A DNA stretch of 64,000 nt from Phycisphaeraceae bacterium (GTDB lineage: Bacteria; Planctomycetota; Phycisphaerae; Phycisphaerales; Zrk34): positions 1 through 64,000 of the forward strand of contig JBBDRF010000005.1 of NCBI GenBank assembly GCA_040905565.1, given 5' to 3'. Below the pieces are notes generated by a model. The model saw only the letters and a list, made by a program, of their open reading frames with translations, was not told the origin of the DNA and did not search any database. The stretch's first letter is position 1. Every line of letters begins with the position of its first letter. The position numbers and the translations under genes were made by a program. Shown in pieces: positions 62,056 through 64,000 of the stretch.

Positions 62056-63219
62056 ATGCGTCTATTGCACCTGATTACCGACACGCCTCGGCCGAGCGAT
62101 ATGCTACTGGCCTGGGTTTACGACAGTCTTGCGGCTGTGTCGGATGCGCGCGCATGGACACTGGGCCCGGCGGAACTCGGCGAGCGGTTTCCGACGTTCA
62201 GCCTCAACGGCGACCCGGTCGCCCACCGCCACTTCGCCGCCGGTTCGGGAATCGGCCGAACGTTTACTGCGGTGCTGCGGTTGCGCCAAGCGGCGCAGGC
62301 AGATCGTCCGGATGTGATCCACGCGTGGTCGCTTCACGCCGCCGCCGTGGCTGCTGCGGCCTGCCCGGAAACGCCGATCGTGCTGACCCACTCCACCGCT
62401 TCGGATGGTGACGGTGCAGCGCTTCCGTGGTGGATGCGGCAAACTTTACGTGGTGCCGCACCGCGGCTGACATGGCTGGGGCCTCACCTGCCGAGCGATG
62501 GACTGGCACGCTTGGGACTGAGCGATGGAAGGTCACTACGGATTGATCCGCCCGTTAACGTCGCCCGATTCAACGAGGCTCCACAGCGTGAACGGCAACG
62601 GCTCAGCTGGGGCGTGACCCAGCCGGCGACGCGTGTGGTGGTGATGCTCAGCGATCAGGAAGAGCACGTCGAAGCGATGTCCGCCCTGCTGGGCGTGGGC
62701 CTGGCGTGGGAGACGGGGCGAGATGTGAAGGTCCTGATTTCGCCTCGGACCGGCGAGCTTGAGCGGGCGCTGCGGGTGATGCGCGATGTCGGTCGCATTG
62801 ACCGCGTGATCATCGACGAAGCGGCCGACCAGCCTTGGCGCCTCGCGCATGCGGTCGATGCTGCCCTGGTGCTCGGCGACGGGCAAAGCCTTGCCTGGGC
62901 GACGAATGCCGGGCTGCCGACGCTCGTGCCGTCGCTGGATGGGGTGCCCGACGGCGAGGCCGGGAACGCCGACATCTTGGACGCCATCTTCGCTCGGCCG
63001 ACCTCCTCCAAGCCCGGCCGAATCGCGCCGCATCTGTGTCGGCTTTGTGATCAGTTCGATCAGGCCGAGCGGTCGGCCTCGGCGCTGAAAGCTGTGGCGC
63101 AAGAGGTTTACGATGTGCGGACTTACCGCCGTCGCCTCGCTGGCGTTTACCAGTCCGTCGCGGCCGGCGAGCGCGTCAGCTGGATCGAACCGGCCCAGGG
63201 CCAGGTCGTGGCGGGGTAG
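62056..63219 (+). CDS. Divergent GT-B (GT4-like) glycosyltransferase-fold protein
   Basis: MRLLHLI start, RPDVIHAW, PIVLTH, IDPPVN..RF, AGLP; C-terminal Y......L..VY pattern. Confidence 0.6.
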   Translation: MRLLHLITDTPRPSDMLLAWVYDSLAAVSDARAWTLGPAELGERFPTFSLNGDPVAHRHFAAGSGIGRTFTAVLRLRQAAQADRPDVIHAWSLHAAAVAAAACPETPIVLTHSTASDGDGAALPWWMRQTLRGAAPRLTWLGPHLPSDGLARLGLSDGRSLRIDPPVNVARFNEAPQRERQRLSWGVTQPATRVVVMLSDQEEHVEAMSALLGVGLAWETGRDVKVLISPRTGELERALRVMRDVGRIDRVIIDEAADQPWRLAHAVDAALVLGDGQSLAWATNAGLPTLVPSLDGVPDGEAGNADILDAIFARPTSSKPGRIAPHLCRLCDQFDQAERSASALKAVAQEVYDVRTYRRRLAGVYQSVAAGERVSWIEPAQGQVVAG

Positions 63220-63271
63220 CCTTCAGGGCTGTTGATCCTGAGACGCGGTATCAAAAATGTGCTGCGTGGGC

Positions 63272-63300
63272 TTGAATTGGTACCGGAATAGTGCTATTAA
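63272..63300 (+). promoter_or_regulatory. Candidate sigma70 promoter of the Rrf2-suf operon
   Basis: TTGAAT-N17-TATTAA with extended TGn; the spacer contains a weak inverted repeat (possible Rrf2 operator). Confidence 0.5.
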
Positions 63301-63350
63301 TGGTGCGTACCCCACGACCCCTGCCTGACGCGGGGGGATTGCAGCACCAA

Positions 63351-63836
63351 ATGAGCCTAACCCTCACACGCAAAACTGATTACGCGCTGGTTGCCCTCGC
63401 GGCCCTCGCCGAGCAGCAGCTGGCCGAGCGCGAGGCGCTCAGCGCCAGGCAGATTGCCGAGCAGCATCAGTTGCCGTTGCCGTTGCTGATGAACCTTTTG
63501 AAGGATCTGCACCGGGGCAAGATCGTCTGCTCCCGGCGTGGGGCAGGCGGCGGCTACCTGCTTTGTCACGACCCCGCGGCGGTGAAACTGCTGGACGTCA
63601 TCGAAGCGATTGAGGGCACCGTCAAGGTCGCCCTCTGCTGCGATGAAGAGGAAGCAGCCGGCGACGAAGCGTGCACCGCCTGCCGCGTCATGGCCACCTG
63701 CCCGATTGTTACCCCCATGCAACGGTTCAACGACAAGCTGCGAGGCTTTCTGGGCGACCTGACCCTCGCGGACCTGATCGACCGTCAAACTTCGCCGACC
63801 CCTTCGCCGTTGAAGACCACCGGAGCCTCGTCATGA
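63351..63836 (+). CDS. Rrf2-family Fe-S cluster assembly regulator (IscR/SufR-like)
   Basis: LTRKTDYAL, SRRGAGGGY.L, VIEAIEG, Cys cluster; directly upstream of sufB. Confidence 0.9.
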   Translation: MSLTLTRKTDYALVALAALAEQQLAEREALSARQIAEQHQLPLPLLMNLLKDLHRGKIVCSRRGAGGGYLLCHDPAAVKLLDVIEAIEGTVKVALCCDEEEAAGDEACTACRVMATCPIVTPMQRFNDKLRGFLGDLTLADLIDRQTSPTPSPLKTTGASS

Positions 63837-64000
63837 GCAGCGCCACCACCGATATCGAAAAACTCGCCAAGCGCGAATATAAGTATGGTTTCGTCACGGA
63901 CATCGAGCAGGAGTACGCTCCGCCGGGTCTGAACGAAGAGATCATCGCCTTCATTTCCGCCAAGAAAGATGAGCCGCAATGGATGCTCGACTGGCGTCTG
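63833..64000 (+). CDS. sufB: Fe-S cluster assembly protein SufB, 5' part (truncated by the window)
   Basis: Manual translation MSSATTDIEKLAKREYKYGFVTDIEQEYAPPGLNEEIIAFISAKKDEPQWMLDWRL; ATGA overlap with the Rrf2 stop. Confidence 0.9.
   Translation, partial: MSSATTDIEKLAKREYKYGFVTDIEQEYAPPGLNEEIIAFISAKKDEPQWMLDWRL

Overview
This is a high-GC bacterial chromosome segment, most consistent with a planctomycete of the Phycisphaerae type. That assignment is inferred from the LEPRxLL-motif giant protein and an OmcB-like DUF11 lipoprotein. Very acidic exported proteins hint at a saline habitat. Housekeeping genes (uvrB, thrS, ispH, rlmN, accA, tyrA-like, proC, nrdR, Rrf2 regulator plus the start of sufB) flank several accessory blocks: (i) a 21-kb gene for a 6985-aa modular acidic surface protein; (ii) a TonB-dependent receptor followed by a complete Vibrio TonB2/TonB3-style DUF3450(ttpB)-ttpC-exbB-exbD-tonB-TPR(ttpD) cassette, with a candidate Fur-like operator; (iii) a translationally coupled ATP-grasp ligase + CocE/NonD hydrolase pair; (iv) a coupled pair of membrane-anchored dynamin/Era-like GTPases with DxPD in place of DxxG; (v) a divergent general-stress cluster that includes an exported poly-Gln/prion-like double PRC-barrel protein. 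Non-coding signals include three copies of a ~29-bp REP-like repeat (two form an inverted pair), tandem NrdR boxes upstream of nrdR, sigma54- and sigma28-like promoters, three apparently leaderless genes, and strong local G/C-skew reversals between genes on the same strand. I saw no rRNA, tRNA, CRISPR array or intact transposase. All family assignments come from motif recognition by eye; no database search was run.
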